DNA of 64,000 bases, from NCBI GenBank assembly GCA_965113315.1, contig OZ220366.1; one strand, given 5' to 3'. Position numbers and translations under genes: made by a program. The DNA comes from Podarcis vaucheri. Taxonomy: Eukaryota. Each line of letters starts with the position of its first letter. The stretch's first letter is position 1. Shown here one piece after another: positions 10,800 to 24,096 of the stretch. The notes below the pieces were generated by a model. It was not told the DNA's origin and made no database searches. It worked only from the letters and a program-made list of their open reading frames with translations.

Positions 10800-13559
10800 T
10801 AATTTCAAAAGCACCTTCCAAGAGAGCCACTGAACTGAAGAAAGAAAGACACGCCACATTACAGGGGTGGGGTTTCTCGCCAGTTTTTATTGAACCAATA
10901 AAATTCCTACCGATAACAATGAAAGAAATTTCAGCAAGTATAAACGCTATACAGTTTTTAAACAAACCCCATTGTTCCGTACCTATAAATAGAATTTTTC
11001 AAAACCTCATAAAAAGTGCAGATTTTATGAATTGCTGTTAACAGGTTAATAATATGCACACACAAATTCCTTTATTGAAAAATATGATGTGTTTTTTTTC
11101 TTTTTGTCTCAGCTCGCTAAAAAGTTCCTTCCGCATCTGTTCAGATACAATTCAAGTTGCGTTAACTAAAAGCTTAACAGAAAGAAAAAGAGTCACACAA
11201 ACAGATCCAGTTGGATAGGCTTGTCCAATAACCACGGATGTCAGGAAAATGCTAGCTGAACTCTTGGTTCTGTTTGCAAGAAGTCCTAAATTGACACAAC
11301 TGCAGCAAGAGACACACGTGCAGTGCAACTCTATACCTGTCTACTCATAGCTAAGCCCCCAGTGAGCTCAGTGGGGATTACTCCCATGTTGTCTGTGAGT
11401 TTGCACCCCGAGGGTGTGGTGCTTTCAGGATGGGCAGCATCTAGGGTTCACCCAAGTGCTCCAGCTATTCCTGGAGTTAAATATTTCTGGGGTGTAGGAA
11501 ATGCTTTGTTGCTCCAGAGGAGCTTTATCCTGCACTTGTCCTGAGATAACAAGAGTTCTCCTAGACATATATGCTGTAGTAAAGATACGCTGTTAGTCTC
11601 TTCTCAACCCACCACCCTTCAGTGCCATTAAACTCCTTGTTGCCAAGATGGCAAGAGTAACAAATACAAGAGTAATACAAGAGCCATTGGTAGGCAACCA
11701 ATAGCCGCTTGGCGAGGCAACCATCAGCTGAATGAGTTGCAAAGAGTGTATTTGTTTTAGTCAGCTGCTCTGCACAAGGAAAGCTCTCACAAACATGTTG
11801 GGTCCATTGCTGCCGCCCTTGGAGTTTCTGACCTAATCCTTTTCCCTCCCAGGATAGTCTTTGGCTAACTGCATCCCTTATGGCAAGGGAAATGGGCCTG
11901 GCATCTTCTTATGGAGTTCAGCCTTAGTTAGGACTGCCTTGTTGGCCTGTCTAGACCTTTATGGTGGTTCTTCCTGGGTGATCATGGGAGGCCATCGCCT
12001 CCATTCACAAAGACTTTTGCATTCCCCCTTAACACATCCACTCAAGAGCTAGCACTGTACTCACTTAGTTTTGAAACAACCTTTCCCCTCGTGTGGTGCA
12101 AAATGAGCTCGTTTCCCCAGGCATGGGGTGGTGGTGGTGGTCACTATTTGAAACTTACAAAGAACGTGATCTTGCCTCTACAGCAATGTCTGTTCAGCAT
12201 GGACAGTCCTAAGCGGCTATGGATTTTACCAAGTCAGTTACTTTACAAAAGGGAAAAGAAATAAACCAAAAAAGCTTAAGCCTATATAAAACACATCACC
12301 TTTCTCTCCCCACTCCCGCAATACACACGTACAAAATGCATACACGTGGACGTTAAAAAAAAAAAAAGCTGTGCGAATCCTAAATTGCATCATTGATAAG
12401 CTTATTCTACGGACAGCCATAATGTAGAACGAACAAACTGAAAATGGGCAACCTTGGAGGACTGGTCCATCCAACTCGGGTTAGCCCTACATTTCACAAA
12501 CTTTTTTTTTATTAAAAAAAAGAAGTTACAGTAACAAAGTCAAGGACCACAAAGGCCTATCACAGCTTCTAGAAAGACACTACGTTTAAAAGGAGGGTGG
12601 GGGTGTAAAAAAAAGAAGAAGCCGAAAGAATTAAAGCAACATCAATACTGATTATTTTGCAGAGACCAGGTAAGACGTTCACAGCATGCTACATATAGAA
12701 CTTCAAACTAAGAAAAGAAAAAAAGGTCAGTTTGCTTGGCTACCCTGCATTTGTTCAGGTACCATTTTGGTTTTTACCCTAGAGAACCCCATGCATGGAC
12801 TAAAGGATTATGTAAACCAGGGGGTGGCCAGCTTATGGGTCACCATAGTCTGCAGGCGTTCACTGGGAGCCAGAACACTCAGTACCACTGCCACCCCGTG
12901 GGTGACCAAGCTGAACAAAATATTTAAAAATGGCTCATGTGTGTCGAGATGGTCATTCAGGCTGCAGATGGAATGTGCAAGCAACAAGTCCAAGAGAATC
13001 TATGCAGAATGCTAGGTGGACATTCAATTGCTTCGCTGCCGTCTAAGCGAAACTACGGAGAAACATCTGACCACCAAGTTGATCAGAATGTATTTGATAG
13101 GGCTACCAAGAGAGAGGGGGCAGAAAAAGGTGCTTTGGGGGCTGGATCCTACCCTTGTATGGTTGGCTGCTCAGCCCATAGCTTTGGTATCTCAGCCTAC
13201 TGTACGCTCAGTTAAATTGTGTACCTCTTTAAACAGGGAGCTCCTTTCTACTGTGAGCTCAGAAGCGAGAATTAAGGGGAAAGAAGGGGAGACAAAATAG
13301 CATGGAGCAGAATACTGATATAGCTGAGGTTTCTACTGCTTCTGCAAGTTTTATTCATTTATTTCCCAAGGTCCACAATAATTTAAAAGGCAAGGGCTCC
13401 TGGATGTTGCCTGGGCTATGGGAGGCTGCAGCTGAGCAGATGTGGAGCTGGTCATTCCTTTGGATGGGGGGCTGCTGGGAGCAGAATAAAAAGCAGAATA
13501 ACAGCAGAATACAAGAACTAAAAAGGATTTTAGATAAGTACATATGCCTTCCTCTGGAA

Positions 13560-13695
13560 CAGTGGTTCTCAACCTCTGGGTCCCCAGATGTTGTTGGACT
13601 ACAACTCCCATCATCCCTGAGCTCTGGTCTTGCTAGCTAGGGATGATGGGAGTTGTGGTCCAACAACATCTGGGGACCCACAGGTTGAAGATCCC
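13560..13695. mobile_element. Palindromic hAT-like MITE
   Basis: tccccagatgttgttggactacaactcccatcatccct ... agggatgatgggagttgtggtccaacaacatctgggga near-perfect inverted repeat. Confidence 0.8.
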
Positions 13696-16026
13696 CATTT
13701 GTGACCAAATTTATACAGAGGGTTGTTATTTAAGAAAATGAAGGCCTCAGTCCGGAAATCAGAATGAAGGCTCAACGAACAGTACACATCATCTGATCTC
13801 TCTGCAGACAAATCTGGATGAGTGCTCAACAAACAGGCTGCCTGGAAGCGCCTTAAGGGTTGTGGAGCTTGTGCCTAAAACAAGCATACAAAAAAACCCC
13901 ACATCCACTTGTGGCTTTCCTTGCTTTGTAACAAACATCTGTGGCAGGAGTCTGGCACCCTCTTCATTTAGTCCTGCCACTCCAATTACAGAGGGAAATG
14001 TACACTCCACAGAGGTGGGAAATCCTTACAGTTGTGCAGGAACCTCACATGCCAATTCTGATTTCTATTATTCCCGTCTCATAAGATGTGCACCTTTTGA
14101 CCATGTTCCACCTTTCGAAGACCTGAGAGCATACAAATCTAGAGGAGGTTTGTGCGGGAAATGCGAAACTTTTAAAATTTATTTGGCGCTGTAGAAAGCA
14201 GAGCCCAAAATACCGCAGATCCAACTTCCCAACTCAAGTAACAGCATTCTGACAGAAATCTCCATTAAAAATGGTCCATGCCGTTCAGCAAATGTTTGTG
14301 TCTTTATATGATGGGACTCTATGCTCCTTTTATAATGCAGGCCCAATTTTCTGTTTTATTTGTGCAAAGAACCCTTCACTTACTAAAAAAAGAAGCACTC
14401 TTTTAAAATGTCAGCAAGGGATATAAAAAACCCGAATGGTTCTTTTGAGGGGAGCGGGGGCAAGAAGGTTCAAGGCTAGTTTGAATTTCACCCTCTTAAC
14501 GAAGATGGGCCAGTTCTGGAAGGCCAGTTTAAGCAAGCAAATTTCCAATAGTATGATACCCGAGGCAATCTTAATCGGCTGTGAACGATCGCCAAAGACG
14601 ACGATGCAAGGTACCATACTCATTTGAAAAATCTGGCCAGGAGGTTTGTACATGCCTTCCTCAACGCAGGGAGTGTTAAGTGTGTACCCCATCATGGTTT
14701 AAGGGATTTCACACACTAGCTGGGCAGTGTACCAAGAGCCCTGATGCACCAGTCCAATGCCCATCTAGTCCAGCATCCTATTCACACAGTGGCACCGATT
14801 GAAGCAGACTCAGTTGAAAAGAGTGGATTGGCACTAGTAGCCAAGAAAGGTATCATTCAACCGCCTTCCAACAACATTAAGACACAGATGAACAGCTGTA
14901 CCCCAGTGTGGGGCAAACAAAGGTGGGATGGGGGGGGCAGTTCTAATGACCGATCGGACCCTCAAATCAGACTTGGGCAAAATTTCAAGTAGTAACCATG
15001 CTGTGTGTGCCTGTGCTTGCAGAGGGGAGGCTGAATACGCAGGGAACCTAGAAACCTGTTTGGTTAACATCAAATCACATAACAGTCCATTTGCTTTTGA
15101 GCCTGGCAGCTGCTGCAGATCAGAAGCACACCAAACGCCAAACTATTTAAACAAGTCAGTTCTGTGAATTGATTAGGGCATCTGAACACTGTGGGACTTG
15201 CTTCAGAGTAAACATAACCTGGAGCTGGGCAGTAATGACCTGATCCCCTGCCCCTGACCAATATGCCTTGATTTATTTATTTTTTGTTTATTTCTTTACT
15301 GGAGCTAGAATCTGGAGTTTCCCCACACATACCTATTTCCTGCATCTGCACTTGAAGGCTCATGTTTGAAACTTCTCTCTCTCTACCGAGTATGTGTAAT
15401 TCCACCTGTGAGCCCTTCTGTCTCCCACCCCAAATAAATTTGATGCAGTTCCCCTCCACCTAAAAAAGGAGGGGTGGGGAGAGGTCTTGACAAGTTCTTG
15501 AAGCAGCCATATTTTATTTTTGCAATCACAACAAAAATAGCAGAGGGAATAAACAAGCACTTGAGGGGCCTTTTTATGCCCTAAGTGGCAGCCTGAGTCC
15601 CACCTCCCACTTTGGGGATTTATATCCTGCCATATAATCCACAGAGCCTGCTGGGGAACTCCCTTGCCACCAAGTCCTGCTGCTACCTATGGCTGCAGCC
15701 TATGACACTCTTTTGCCCCTTGGTTGACAACTAGGACAGATTTTGGCCCAAGGGTGCCAGTTGCTGACACGTAATCCAAAGCCATACTAGAAGAAGCAAA
15801 ACAAAAACGAAAAACAAACCCCCAACTATGCCTACACTGCGAAAGAATGATATACATTTTTGACATCCATGAAGTTTGACGATTCATTCACATGTGCTAT
15901 TTTATAAAAAAATAGATTTTGCACGTTTTTTAATTTGGCACATCTGTGAGCTTAAGGGGTATATGTCAAGCAAAGAAGTACAATCATATTCACTTGGATG
16001 CCTACTCCGAATGTCAGCATTTAAAA

Positions 16027-16072
16027 ACACACACACACACACACGTACACACACACACACACACACACACAC
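16027..16072. repeat. (CA)n microsatellite
   Basis: Read directly. Confidence 0.95.
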
Positions 16073-16325
16073 AACCCCATCACATTTGAGTATATAAAGC
16101 TATGCACCAGATCATGACCACATAAAATGTCTACTCTGAATCAAACATCATCACCTTGAAACATTTTGTTAACATTCAAGTTTGCCATTCTATTTCTAAG
16201 GAAAAAACACAAACTGGTTTTCAAAACAGCAGGTCCCAACCTTGGATACCACATGTAGGTCTGAAATCATGTGAAATCAAGTTTACGCTCCTGTTAATGG
16301 ATTCACTTTATATATATTTCACAGA

Positions 16326-16328
<3 letters not shown>

Positions 16329-16374
<46 letters not shown>
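16329..16374. repeat. (GA)n microsatellite
   Basis: Read directly. Confidence 0.95.
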
Positions 16375-16380
<6 letters not shown>

Positions 16381-19300
16381 CAGTCTTATTGATTTAAAAT
16401 CTAATTGCCTCTCACTGAGATGACTATTCAGTTCGAACAATAAAAAAATCTAGAAGAAAAGGCACTAATGCTTCCGCAATTGGAACACCAGCCTCCCTGT
16501 TAAGAAGAAAAGCCACGACTGCTCTGAAGAAAACGTTTAAGCTCTTACAGTTACATACAAAGTCTGTTTATGTCTCTACCTCTAAAGGTGAAGACAGATG
16601 TTATATCTGAAGAGCTGTGGGGCCAGAGGGCTCAGTCCTTCCCCAGCCAATTTCCCTGCATCCACGCCCTGCCTGGCTTTTCTCTGCAACATGCAAACAA
16701 GTGCCTGGAACAACAGCAAAGAAAGAAAGGGGCAGAAGTTCCCCTGGCAGAAGTTGCTCCTTCCCCTTCCCACAATGGAGACCTGTCAGCACCTTGCTGC
16801 AGTTCAAATCCAGTCAGGGTTAAGCGTCTTAAAAGTCCCAGGGAGTCTCCAACGGAGCCCTCAAACTCTTCCACTGAAATCAACCCGGCTTTGGACAGGA
16901 CAGGGGGTCAGGGCAATGGTGCCATGCCAAACACAACCCATAAAGGTAAGCTGCAGGCAGCGTTTGCACAACCCATCCCCATTGCAGACCGCAGGTGCAA
17001 ATGGCTGGATGCTCTTGTTAAATCCAACGCCATCCTTCAAAACGCTTAACTTTAGCTGGATTTTGAGTCGGCTTTTTAAAACACACCCACCCACACACCC
17101 CTCCCGGTTTCTCACATGCACAGAGCGAGCAGTGAGCTACCATTCATCCTCAGCAGCAATGCGTCGCTCATTCAGTAACTTGTCATCACTGTAGTCATTT
17201 CCTTCCAAGGACATATAGACACACTACTGACTCCAACAGGTTTCAACGGTTTCCTGGGAAGCTGAACTGGTTTGGGAAGTGTGTGTTTGGGGGTGTCTTT
17301 TAAGAGAAAGCCCTCAGCACTATTCCCAAACTGCAATTCCCAGACTTCTTTAGGAGGAGCAACACATGCAGCCAATACGAATCTGTAGTGTCAATATCGT
17401 CTGGGAGAGTTTCCATGTCAAAACAGCCCTGGCAATTCCAAGCGCAGAAGGTTACGTCTCTTCAAAGCAACAAACAATTTTTTCAGCAGCCAAGGGGTAT
17501 GTGTGTTGCAGGACAATCACACAACATCACAGCCGTTAAGAGAGAGAAAGATCAAGTAATTTTTTTAAAAATAAACCCAACAAAATAACCACATCCAAAC
17601 TTTAGTTCCTCTACCCCCCCTTTTTTACTTTCCAAAATTGCTCTCATGAAAGAAACCACTGCAGAAGTCTTCAATGTACAAGCTTATTCTATATTGCTTT
17701 CTACAGTCTACTGGAATGAAGGTCCATCTCATTCATTTCCAATGTGTATAAAAGCAGGTAAAAATAAATATTCAGGGGGACACAAAATCTGACATCAATC
17801 TCAATTCAGCAAAAGTTAGTCACAACTGAGTCTTGTAAAAATCAAAAGAGAGGAAAAGACTGGGGCTTAAATCGCTTTATCGACTACCCAAAAGGCTTGA
17901 GGGCAAGTTAAGGTTCCTTTCCTGGATCCCAGATAACTGGCAGTGGGACACAAAGGGGTGGTCTCCAAGCCCCGCTGGGCCTAAGCAGTGTTGATTTCAA
18001 GGGGACTCAGCTGAGACTAGCTTTTTCTGAAGCAAGCCAGTCACGTGAAAGTCTCTATCATGTCTTGTCTTTCTGGCCTCTCTTTAGGCACTTCACTGGA
18101 TCATTAATGCAAGAAGGTAAAGCTCTAAAAACCAAGACATTTGTGCCCTGAAGGGAAAAAGTAATCAGTGTAGTCAAGCAATGCGAGGGCAGGACTCTCT
18201 TGGCTGCTCACTTCACTTTCCCAACAATGACATCTGCCCATGGGCACAAGCCAATCGGCCTGGCACTCCTCTGGCACCTCCTCCATTCACTTCTATGGAG
18301 CTTGCATGGGGTCTCCCCTGCTAAAAGGAAGGTGTAGAAGGGCCTGGGGACATCCGATTAAACCAACGCTTTGGTGCTCGAGTAGGAGCCGATTGTTTGC
18401 AGCAAACACTACCCAAGTTTGGGAAGGAGAAGCCATTTCCCACCGCGGTCGTGTTGAGCGGGACATTTCAGCAGCGACTTGGTTAAGGAAAGGCTCGCTC
18501 TTCTGCTATATATTGCACTTCCTTTGTTCATTCACGTCAACGTATAGAAACATGATTCTTAGCTTGAAAATATTGCAGAGCGTTGTGAAAAATATTTGAC
18601 GGGAATCAATTTCCCCAAAGCTTAAGCTGAACACTGATATAATTACCGTTGAATTAAGAAGTGGGGGGGGGGGATGACAGTGGAGCAAAACGAGACTGCA
18701 ACTCAGGGGCAAAGCACATTCTTTGTTTGTAGAAGGGTCCCGACACTTTGAGTTAAAGGTTAGGGACGATTGTGACCCAAGACCTCAAGGAATCACTGCT
18801 GGTCAGAACAGACAAGTCTGACTCAGTAAAAGACAGTGTCGTACAAGCAAAGCTTTCAGGGGAGGGGGAAATCTAGCTAAGCGACTAATACATGCTCTGC
18901 ATGCGAAAGGTCCTGGGCTCTATCCCTGCCATCTCCAGTTAAAACCATCTCAGGTAAGAGGGCTGGGAGAGACTTCTCCCCTCAACTTTGGAGGACCAGA
19001 ACAGACAGACCAGTGGCTTGATTCAGCACAAGGCAGCTCTTTTCAGTTTTAAGAGAATGTGCTCTTGCAGATTGCTCTTTTGTTTCTTTGATCGGACAGC
19101 ATGTGCGCGTGCGTGTGCTGGATTTGCACGCATCACATTACCACCAGATCAATGAACCAGTTAAGGACGAACCTGGATTTCAAAACTTTTTTAAAAAAAA
19201 ACCTCTTAAAGTCAAACTTCTACAAGTTCAGATATCCCAAGTTAAACTGGCTTGCTGGCTGGGCAGTAAGTACCATTCAAGCATCATTAGGGTCAGCAGA

Positions 19301-20041
19301 AAGAGCAATCGTAGGCAACACAGAAGAATGCAATCCCTGAACTGATTATGTACAGTTGAAATGGATATGGTAGAAAACCCTCTTCGTTCAGAAAAAGAAA
19401 AAAGCATTTGAATGCTGTGTCTCAGTAGCACGCTGCAGGATTGGCAGCAGTTCTTTTCACATTTAAAAAAAAAAAGGCAGACAATAGTTGCATCAGCTTT
19501 CACACAGCCTCCAAACTACTGCCAAAGTACTAAAATCTTAAGAAAACTCTAAGAATAAGCCAGTTGAGCACTTCAGTTTAAACACAGCACATACTGGATT
19601 CAGGAAAGCTGCATTAATATTCTAGAAAGAACTAAAAGGAGAAAATAAAATAAAATCCTTCGCTCTGGATTCCATTTGCAGGAAAAAGTGGGTAGGAACA
19701 GAACCTCGGAAGATGCACCAACAAGTGTTTTTCTTCCGAGCGTGAGAAGAAATAGCAAAAGAATCAAATATAACAAACCGTTTTAGGGTTTGTGACCAAT
19801 ACTCCAACTGGAAACAACTTAAGAAGTAGTGTTCCTCAGTGCTATTTTTGCTATCGTTAGTAATGTTAAGCATCAAGAAAACAGGGGGGGGGGAATATAT
19901 AGATCATTGCACGTTAACCACCGCGAGGAAGGCGGCTTCAGCTTTTGACACTAGAGAATCCAATAACCTGATGCAACAACCACAGGCAGGTGTTTCTGCG
20001 CATCTGCTTGGAAGCTTTCTTCACACGCTTGCAACGGCAGT

Positions 20042-20128
20042 TCAGGTCAAGTGGCGCGTAATGGCACGGAGGGCGTAAAGGAGTTCCGCCTGCATGCGCG
20101 CTTCCATCAGGAGAAGGTTCACGTGGAC
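20042..20128 (-). CDS. SESN3: Sestrin-3 final coding exon ([28 protein letters not shown])
   Basis: 87 nt including TGA at 20044-20042; matches the SESN3 C-terminus. Confidence 0.96.
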   Translation of the reverse strand, partial: VHVNLLLMEARMQAELLYALRAITRHLT

Positions 20129-20619
20129 CTGGAGGAAAGATTCAAACAAAAAAATGATGATGGCATCTTCTAAAAAGACATAAATGCCGTAGCTCACCAT
20201 GAGGTCGACCAAAGGGCATTTATATTTCTTTCAGCTTTATCGTTCCCGAGTTGAGATTGTGATAAATGGGGTTGCCACTCGTCAGACTGCAGCATCCAGC
20301 AGTGACCTGCACATGTGAACAAGCCATTGCAGAGACGATCTTTTGTACTACCTTGTCATGTGGTGTGTGTGTGTGTGTCTGTGTGTGTGTGTGTCAGCAT
20401 TCAGCAGAATCCAGTGTGTTCATTTTTTCCAGGGTGTTTCATAGTGGTGTGATGTGGCAACCCCAAAGTTTCGCTCTTGGTGGCTGTGCAGTGCAGAACT
20501 TCACATTAATGAAATATGAACTTCGGATTTATGGATATGGAAGCTTCCCTTCTTAACAATGCCATTTCCCCTGTTTACACATAGACACTGGTTCATGCAT
20601 CCATCAATGAGACACTCAC

Positions 20620-20764
20620 CTTCTCCGAGTGCTTGAACTGGCGCCAGTAGCTATCGTACATGCGCTTGGTAGTTCGCTCTGGGTAGCAGGTCACTGTCTT
20701 AATGTAAACCTTCAGGCTCCGTTCAAGTAACTGATTAACTTCTCCATAATCGTAGTCATCATAC
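20620..20764 (-). CDS. SESN3: Sestrin-3 coding exon 9 ([15 protein letters not shown]...FKHSEK)
   Basis: 145 nt, cttag acceptor, GTGAGT donor; contains the sestrin DD motif used for GATOR2 binding. Confidence 0.96.
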
Positions 20765-21504
20765 CTAAGCAAGATTAAGCCGGCCTGAATCTCTCTTTTC
20801 TGAGCATGCACATCTTTAAAGAAAACACCTTTCTACTGCACAATTGTTTTTAAAATGCATATGCTGGGGTAAATCTGCCTGAAGTCTCCTAAAGCCAGGC
20901 TGGTATTGTTCCACTAGATTTGCAAAAGGAAGGGGGGTAAGACAGGTGGCTGAACTGTACAGCTCTTCCAGTAGCCGGCAGAACCCACGTTTGGAACTGC
21001 ACAGAGGCCACAAAGAATAATGCGCTAAATTGATTTGAATATAATTTACACCCTTGTAGATTCTTGGGGCCCAATTCACACTGTACATTTGACGGGCTTC
21101 AGATGATGACAACCATGACTCCCATGACACACACACATTTCTATGGTGGAAATGGATTGCACAGCCCTTTGGCTTCCTGGAAGTCGTTTTGAACAGCTAA
21201 AGGGAACCCATAAGATTACTGTTCAATTAATTTCCAAATAACTGGCTAACAGATTTTTATATGCACCCTAGAGAAATCACTTGAGGGTCTTTGATTCCAG
21301 AACACATGTTGCACGAGTGTGTCTCAATTTACTGTTCTGCTTGGTTTAAGAATACTTCGTCCACCCCAACTTCACCCATGTTGTCCCCATATTTATGCTG
21401 ATAAATACTGCAAACACCTTACAGGGTGGAGGGAAGACAAATGATTTTACCCTTTTATCCACTCTTTCTCCCTTCCACTTGAAACATGCTATTGTGAATG
21501 CTTA

Positions 21505-21867
21505 AAAGGTAAAGGTACCCCTGCCCATACGGGCCAGTCATGTCCAACTCTAGGGTTGTGCGCTCATCTCACTTAAGAGGCCGGGAGCCAGCGCTGTCCG
21601 AGGACACTTCTGGGTCATGTGGCCAGCGTGACGAAGCTGCTCTGGCGAGCCAGCACCAGCGCAGCACACGGAAACGCCGTTTACCTTCCCGCTATAAAGC
21701 GGTACCTATTTATCTACTTGCACTTAGGGGTGCTTTCGAACTGCTAGGTGGGCAGGAGCTGGGACCGAACGACGGGAGCTCACCCCGCCACGGGGATTTG
21801 AACCGCCGACCATACGATCGGCAAATCCTAGGCACTGAGGTTTTACCCACAGTGCCACCCGCGTCCC
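21505..21867 (-). mobile_element. Sauria-type SINE, full length
   Basis: Minus strand starts GGGACGCGGGTGGCACTGTGGGTAAAACC, has a B box and (ACCTTT)n tail; 15-bp TSD tattgtgaatgctta at 21490-21504 and 21868-21882. Confidence 0.92.
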
Positions 21868-22063
21868 TATTGTGAATGCTTAGGCCTGCGCTAAGCAAAA
21901 TGCAACCACTGGTCCAATCCTAGCCCTCAACTTCATTCCTGAAACCAAGGACATATAAGCCTCTTTAATATAAGGCATAGCTGCATTCTGAACCTGAAGC
22001 AGCACCCCAATTACAGAATACCTCCAGAAGTGCACTATTTAGCCAGATGAGTTGATGACATAC

Positions 22064-22254
22064 CTGATTCCAAACATACAGTGAACATAATTAAATAAAG
22101 CTCTTCTTAACATGGTTGTGTCAACATCTTCATGTGTGGCCATAGTGTTGTACGTGAGGCTATAGACCATTCGGAACTTCTCATCCAGGAGATGCCCAAT
22201 GTCGGAATAAAGCCTGTTCACAAGGGAGAATCCATGGTTTTCCCAGGTATAGTC
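22064..22254 (-). CDS. SESN3: Sestrin-3 coding exon 8 ([20 protein letters not shown]...[13 protein letters not shown]...HCMFGIR)
   Basis: 191 nt, canonical junctions; sestrin leucine-pocket region TYNTMA..VDT. Confidence 0.96.
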
Positions 22255-23364
22255 CTGCAAAAAAGCACAGACTACCAATTTGTACATGGCATGTTTGAGC
22301 AGTACTGCAGAATGGTTTTGAAGACACACGATGCCGTTCTACTGCTGAAGCAAAACAGTGGAGGTAACAATTTGTTGTGTGCCCTTGTGTGAAATGCACA
22401 GGGCAAGGGGGTCCCAATTTAGTCTGACTATGCACCTGTATCCAAATGCATACTTCTGATTTAAGGTGAAGCATTATCAAGAGAAGAAATTGAATTAAGT
22501 AGGAACCGTGTATCATCAGAATGTATATAAACTGTAAGTGCAAATTTATATGTAATAATAATTGACACAATGAAGTTATATTAGAATATGAAAATCAATT
22601 TATTGTTGTTGTTATTTTTAAAAAAATCAATAACTTTTGAATTCAAATGTAAAACCTCTTTCTTGCTCTGAGATGAGCAAACTTGTCGTGATTTTTGGGA
22701 ATATCCAACTGATGTACTTGCTTATTCCCTACTGAAAGAACAGCGAGTCATGAAAGCCTGTCTCGAATCAACTTTAAGTTGCACCGACCATTACGTGGAA
22801 GTTTTGAGCAGCTTAATTTTGGAAAATGACTTTTCAGCTGTGGTAACTGACAGGAATATTAAGAGTGAACATTAAACCCACGTGGATAATAGGGGTGTGC
22901 ACTGGCTTTGAGTGTACCTTGAATTACAAATCAAATCAGGGTAATTTGGGGAAAGGCTCTTACGTTTTTCCAAGTCAGATTGCACCGTTAACAAGGCATC
23001 GCAAGACAGCCAGGGACTTCTGAAGCTTCCAAGGTGATCTTTATTTAACTGAACTCAATCAGATCATGGGTGGCACCAAACTGGGTGGATATCTGCCTAA
23101 TTTGGGGTGAATTCTCCACTCCCTCAGCAGCCCCCCATGCCCCATTGTTCAATGAATGTCCCCATGCCCCTGAGGCTTTTGGGGGGACATGCATGGCTGC
23201 AGGTGGGAAGAAGTCCCACAAACTTCCTTAAATTCACTTATCTCTAGATCTGAGCCACTGCGTAGTGAGTGTGTTATCTGGAAACTTTGCATTCTGACCT
23301 CATGCAATAAACCACCTGGTTTTTCAGAGGGTTACAAACGTAAGCTACACCATGTTAAACGCAC

Positions 23365-23483
23365 CTGGGCTCGGAAAGTTGGAAGATGCTCCTCACCCCG
23401 CCTGGCAAAGTCTTTGTACCCAAAGCCAGGATCTTCAACGTAGCGCGAAACGTCGGCTGTGGAAACTATTTCATCGTCAAATG
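23365..23483 (-). CDS. SESN3: Sestrin-3 coding exon 7 ([40 protein letters not shown])
   Basis: 119 nt, ttgccag acceptor, CAG|GTGCGT donor; phases agree with flanking exons. Confidence 0.94.
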
Positions 23484-24096
23484 CTGGCAAAGGAAAATAT
23501 TGAAGCCAATTAAGTGTACTCTTCTCATTCCTCCTCCAAGGTGTAAACCACTTAGAAGTTTCTTTTGTCAATTAAGCAGTATATAAATCTTTTCGATAAA
23601 AAATAAGGTGCTTAATGGGAAGTATTCTCTGGAGTGGCATTGCATTTTATTCTTCCTGGCACTATTTCTACATACGGAAGTAAAGCAATGGCTCGGATGT
23701 GGGTTAGCCGCTTGACCTTTTAAAGGTCAGTGCCAGGCAAAACAACAACAACAGAGGCCGCTGAAGATTTGTTCCCCACTGAATACACATAATAGAGGCT
23801 GAGGGCTGAATCCACTGCTAGTCCTACTCACTCGTTCAAATTAATATGACTAACTTATGTGCCTTAATGTCAATGGGTCTACTATGAATAGGATAGTGTG
23901 GCTGTCCCTGTTGTGAGCAATAACATTTCTGTAGAACCACGATAGACAGCCACTTGCTGCATCTTCTGGAAACAATCAAAGACATTTTTGTTCCAACAAG
24001 TTTTCCCAGGTAGGTGGCTTCTGCCATGAGTGTCTACTTTGTATTGCTTTTAAACCTACCTATTGTGCTATGTTGTTTTAAACTTTCTCTCTTTTT

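Larger units (their letters stand above)
11050..20041 (-). other. Probable long SESN3 3' UTR; candidate AATAAA signals at 11071-11076 and 10886-10891 (minus strand)
   Basis: Follows the stop codon, is AU-rich and visibly poorer in TE insertions than the introns, with tttatt on + at both positions. The 3' end is inferred, not observed. Confidence 0.45.

Noticed and set aside
13560-13695. Long hairpins (also 39472-39607, 44495-44634) as pre-miRNA genes
   Set aside because: They are multi-copy palindromic hAT MITEs, two of them with 8-bp TSDs.
16570-17194. Overlapping 159- and 198-aa plus-strand ORFs
   Set aside because: No recognisable domain or splice context; they lie antisense within the probable SESN3 3' UTR and are consistent with chance ORFs.
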